From the NCBI GenBank assembly GCA_963664405.1, contig OY761158.1, positions 4,320,001 to 4,384,000 on the forward strand: a stretch of 64,000 nucleotides of DNA, read 5' to 3'. The notes beneath the pieces were generated by a model. That model worked only from the letters and a program-made list of their open reading frames with translations, was not told the origin of the DNA and did no database searches. The DNA is from Thermoanaerobaculia bacterium (lineage in GTDB: Bacteria; Acidobacteriota; Thermoanaerobaculia; Multivoradales; Multivoraceae). Each line of letters begins with the position of its first letter. Within the stretch, counting starts at the first letter, position 1. The position numbers and the translations under genes are program-made. Positions 60,835 to 64,000 of the stretch are shown here, in pieces.

Positions 60835-61830
60835 ATGAGCGCTTTGCGAAGGGTTGTTTTTTTCGGCTCGCCCGAGTTTGCTCTGCCGACGCTCGCAGCT
60901 CTGTGCTCTTCGCCATACCGGCCGATTCTGGTGGTGAGTCAACCGGCACGCCGGGCAGGTCGGGGGAAACGCCTCCAGGAGCCTCCCGTCGCCGAATGGG
61001 CGCGGCGCGAGGGGCTGGAGGTTTCGCAACCGGAGCGGGTCCGGAGTCCTGAGTTTCTCGCCGAGCTCTCCTCTCTCCAGCCTGATGCAGCTGTGGTCGT
61101 GGCCTTTGGCCAGATCTTCCCTCAGAGTCTGCTCGACATTCCCACTCAGGGCTGCGTCAATCTTCACGGCTCGCTGCTCCCGCGCTATCGGGGAGCCGCT
61201 CCGATCCAGGCAGCCATTGCCGCCGGCGAGAGTGGGACCGGAGTGACGACGATGCGCATGGAGGCCGGCCTCGACACTGGACCGATCTACCTCCAAGAGA
61301 GCCTTCCCATCGGCGACGGCGAGAGTGCTCCAGAGCTCTCCGTTCGAATGGCCGAGCTGGGCGCCGCATTGATGATCGAGACCCTCCAAGGTCTCGAGAG
61401 TGGGGATCTGCAACCTCGAGAGCAGGACGATGCGGCTGCGACCCTCGCCCCGCGGCTGACGCGGGAAGACGGTTATGTCGAATGGACCCGAGACCCGGAC
61501 GAGATCTGGCGTCGCAGCCTCGCTCTTCGACCATGGCCCGGACTGACCGCACTCTGTAGCGACCGGCCTCTAAAGCTGCTCGAAGTAGAGCCTGCCGTCA
61601 CCGGGACTCGAGAGGTCGCCGGGACCCCGGAAATCGCCGAGGTCGAGCCTGGAACCTTTCTCGGCGTCGAAGGGCGGTCGGTGCTGGTGGCTGCCGGTGG
61701 CGGATGCCTCGCTCTTCTTCGGGTTCAGCGCCCGGGCCGCCGAGAGCTCTCGGGAGCCGATTTCGTGAACGGAGAAGATCTCACCGTCGGTGCGGTCGAA
61801 TTCACCAGCCTCGGTCGTGGAGACGGTTGA
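60835..61830 (+). CDS. fmt: Methionyl-tRNA formyltransferase
   Basis: FFGSPEFA, VVAFGQI, NLHGSLLPRYRGAAP, GLDTG. Confidence 0.97.
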   Translation: MSALRRVVFFGSPEFALPTLAALCSSPYRPILVVSQPARRAGRGKRLQEPPVAEWARREGLEVSQPERVRSPEFLAELSSLQPDAAVVVAFGQIFPQSLLDIPTQGCVNLHGSLLPRYRGAAPIQAAIAAGESGTGVTTMRMEAGLDTGPIYLQESLPIGDGESAPELSVRMAELGAALMIETLQGLESGDLQPREQDDAAATLAPRLTREDGYVEWTRDPDEIWRRSLALRPWPGLTALCSDRPLKLLEVEPAVTGTREVAGTPEIAEVEPGTFLGVEGRSVLVAAGGGCLALLRVQRPGRRELSGADFVNGEDLTVGAVEFTSLGRGDG

Positions 61831-61891
61831 CGTGGCGCGACGAAAATCAGAGGGCGGCGGAAGGATTCGTCACGGCGCGCCTGGTCGACGA

Positions 61892-63241
61892 ATGACCACC
61901 GCCCGCAACCCCCACGACCAGGTGCGTGCCGAGGCGGCCTGGGTAGTGGAGCGCACTCTCAACTCGCGTGCACCCGCCGACACTTTTCTACAGGGCGCTC
62001 TGGACCGCTGTGACCCTCGCGACGCGGGTCTCCTACGTGAGCTCGTTCTGGGCACCTTGCGTTGGCTGCGGAGGCTCGATGATGTGATCGGGCATGCCAG
62101 TGAGCGCAGCCTGGAAAAGATCGAGCCGGCGCTGCTGGCGCCGATGCGAGTTGCGGCCTACCAGATCTTCTTCCTGGATCGCGTGCCGATGCACGCGGTG
62201 GTGAACGAAGCAGTGGAGCACGCCCGGTCGCTGACCCATCGTGGGGGTGCGAGCTTTGTCAATGCGGTACTGCGGCGCATCGCCCGAGCGCCATCGCTGG
62301 AGCAATGGCCGATCGAGGAGAGTCGGGAGACGAGACGGCTCGCGATCGAGCTCAGCCACCCCGACTTCTTGGTCGAGCGCTGGTGGGCGCGCCTTGGAGA
62401 GGCTTCGACGCGCCGACTCCTCGAGGCCAATAATCGGCCCAAGCCGTTGCACTTGATGGCTTCCCGCGACCGCGGAGGGCGCGAGCTTCTTGCCGAATCG
62501 CTGATCGACGAGGGCTGTGAGGTCGAGGCTTCGGCATTGGCACCGCTCGGCCTCAAAGTGCGCGCCGGCCGGCCCTTGGACACTCGAGCCTTTCGAGAAG
62601 GGGAGTTCTATGTCCAGGACGAAGCTTCTCAGGCGGCGGCCCTTGTTCCCTCGCCGCAGCCCGGCGAGCGGGTTTTGGATCTGGCCGCCGCTCCGGGAGG
62701 AAAGAGCTTTGCGCTGATGGCGATGGAGCCCACGCTTGATTGCGTGCTCTCGGACCTTGATCCGGGGCGGATCGGGCTGGTGCGCGCTAATTTCAAACGG
62801 CTTGGCCGCTCCGGGGGATTGGTTGTCGCCGATGCTCGAAGGAGCCCATTCGTCGGCGTCTTCGATCGGGTTGTTCTCGACGTTCCCTGTAGCGGCACCG
62901 GAACGTTTCGTAAACATCCGGAGCTCAAGTGGAGGTTGAGCGAGGGCGAGATCGATCGCTTGAGTCGCCAGTCTCTGCGCCTGGCGCGAGCAAGCTGTGA
63001 CCTCGTTCGCCCCGGCGGCTTGCTCACCGTCATCAGCTGCTCGCTCGAAGAGGAGGAGAACGAAGACGTGGTGACGAGCCTGCTCGCCGAGCGCAGCGAC
63101 TTCGGCCGCTGCGAGCTCGACGGTTGCGTCATTCACTCTCTGGCGGCGCATGTCGTGGGACCCGGTTTTCTGCGCATCTGGACTGCTGATGACCACGACG
63201 GATTCAGTGTCTCGGTACTGCGTCGCAAAGGAGAGCCTTAA
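61892..63241 (+). CDS. rsmB: 16S rRNA m5C967 methyltransferase (NusB-like + Sun domain)
   Basis: VQDEASQ, DLAAAPGGK, DVPCSGTG, SCSL. Confidence 0.92.
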   Translation: MTTARNPHDQVRAEAAWVVERTLNSRAPADTFLQGALDRCDPRDAGLLRELVLGTLRWLRRLDDVIGHASERSLEKIEPALLAPMRVAAYQIFFLDRVPMHAVVNEAVEHARSLTHRGGASFVNAVLRRIARAPSLEQWPIEESRETRRLAIELSHPDFLVERWWARLGEASTRRLLEANNRPKPLHLMASRDRGGRELLAESLIDEGCEVEASALAPLGLKVRAGRPLDTRAFREGEFYVQDEASQAAALVPSPQPGERVLDLAAAPGGKSFALMAMEPTLDCVLSDLDPGRIGLVRANFKRLGRSGGLVVADARRSPFVGVFDRVVLDVPCSGTGTFRKHPELKWRLSEGEIDRLSRQSLRLARASCDLVRPGGLLTVISCSLEEEENEDVVTSLLAERSDFGRCELDGCVIHSLAAHVVGPGFLRIWTADDHDGFSVSVLRRKGEP

Positions 63242-63256
63242 GGCAGTCGGAATGTG

Positions 63257-63285
63257 TTGACAGGGCCCGATACATGCCGTATCTT
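63257..63285 (+). promoter_or_regulatory. Sigma-70-type promoter of the HU gene
   Basis: TTGACA-N17-TATCTT. Confidence 0.65.
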
Positions 63286-63326
63286 CCCTTCAAGCCCCAC
63301 TAGTTAACCGTCAAGGAGAAGAAAAG

Positions 63327-63602
63327 ATGGCTGGAAAAGCGGACATCGTGGATGAGATTGCGGCCAAGGCCGGAGTATCGAAGAAGCAAGCAGCGGATGC
63401 GCTAGACGCGGCGATTGGCGCCATAACCGGCGCTCTGACCAGCGGAGAGCGCGTGCAGGTTCCTGGTTTCGGCAGCTTCTCGGTGAAGAGGCGAGAGGCA
63501 CGTATGGGGCGCAATCCGGCTACCGGAGCCTCCATCCACATTCCGGCCAGTAACAGCGTGCGCTTCAAGCAGGGTAAAGATCTAAAGGAAGCGGTCAACT
63601 AA
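63327..63602 (+). CDS. hup: HU family DNA-binding protein
   Basis: VQVPGFGSF, GRNPATG, FKQGKDLK; SD AAGGAG. Confidence 0.95.
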   Translation: MAGKADIVDEIAAKAGVSKKQAADALDAAIGAITGALTSGERVQVPGFGSFSVKRREARMGRNPATGASIHIPASNSVRFKQGKDLKEAVN

Positions 63603-63641
63603 TCGGCTTCTGAAGATCCCTACCGAAGCGCGATTCGCTTA

Positions 63642-64000
63642 GGGTCGGCGCGGAAATAAGTTTCCAGTATCTGGGGTGACCATACCACTGCCCCCTTCTT
63701 CAGCCACCGCATAATCCTCCGGTACGCGCCTTGTTTGCAAGGTTTAGAGCTAGCATAGCCCTGCCCGCATTTGGTATAGTTTCCCCTGTCACCTCTTTTG
63801 GAAGGGGAACTATACCAAATGGTACGAGCCGAAGATCGTGATGCAACAGTGCGCGAGCTCTTGATGAGCGAACAGATGGCCACCATGGATGAGCTCAAGG
63901 ACGCCATGGGAACCCGAGCCACCATGACGGTCTACCGTTCGCTGTCTCGATTGGGCTATTTGGCCAGCTACTCGGATCGAGGGCGGTTCTATACCTTGAA
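63642..64000 (+). mobile_element. ISAzo13-family element, copy 3 (left end only; truncated by the window)
   Basis: TTA then GGGTCGGCGCGGAAATAAG. It matches copy 1 except for T>C at 63783. Confidence 0.92.

Overview
GC-rich bacterial chromosomal window. The gene complement (futalosine mqnA/mqnC, PD40-kinase remnant, sigma-54 regulators) suggests Acidobacteriota or a similar lineage, but this is inference. It has four parts. (1) 1-5.9 kb: a GAF sigma-54 activator, a well-formed -24/-12 promoter with palindromic upstream sites, an unannotated 51-aa hydrophobic ORF, an RsbW/RsbV/RsbU-type partner-switching module, pcm, a metal-binding lipoprotein and tRNA-Ala(CGC). (2) 5.9-24.2 kb: an accessory, partly decayed region with sulfatase, MscS, PhoD, an internally deleted PQQ/cytochrome c dehydrogenase, GST, SDR, acyl-CoA dehydrogenase, Nramp, a PhyH dioxygenase, several 3'-only gene remnants, and a head-to-tail dimer of a 2005-bp ISAzo13-family element. 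(3) 24.2-30.6 kb: an operon ending in a 2-phosphoglycerate-kinase / archaeal-type phosphoglycerate mutase fusion. (4) 31-64 kb: mostly housekeeping genes (gcvT/H, larE, queA, rplU-rpmA-obgE-nadD-rsfS, thiS, two tRNAs, tig-clpP-clpX-lon-engB-rho, mqnA/C, rsmA, ftsK, fmt, rsmB, HU) and a third, window-truncated IS copy. The most notable non-genic signal is three ~165-bp rod-like palindromic elements (20841, 32917, 53751). They share a conserved central core and length, but one has completely different outer arms. All assignments come from manual motif recognition; no searches were run.
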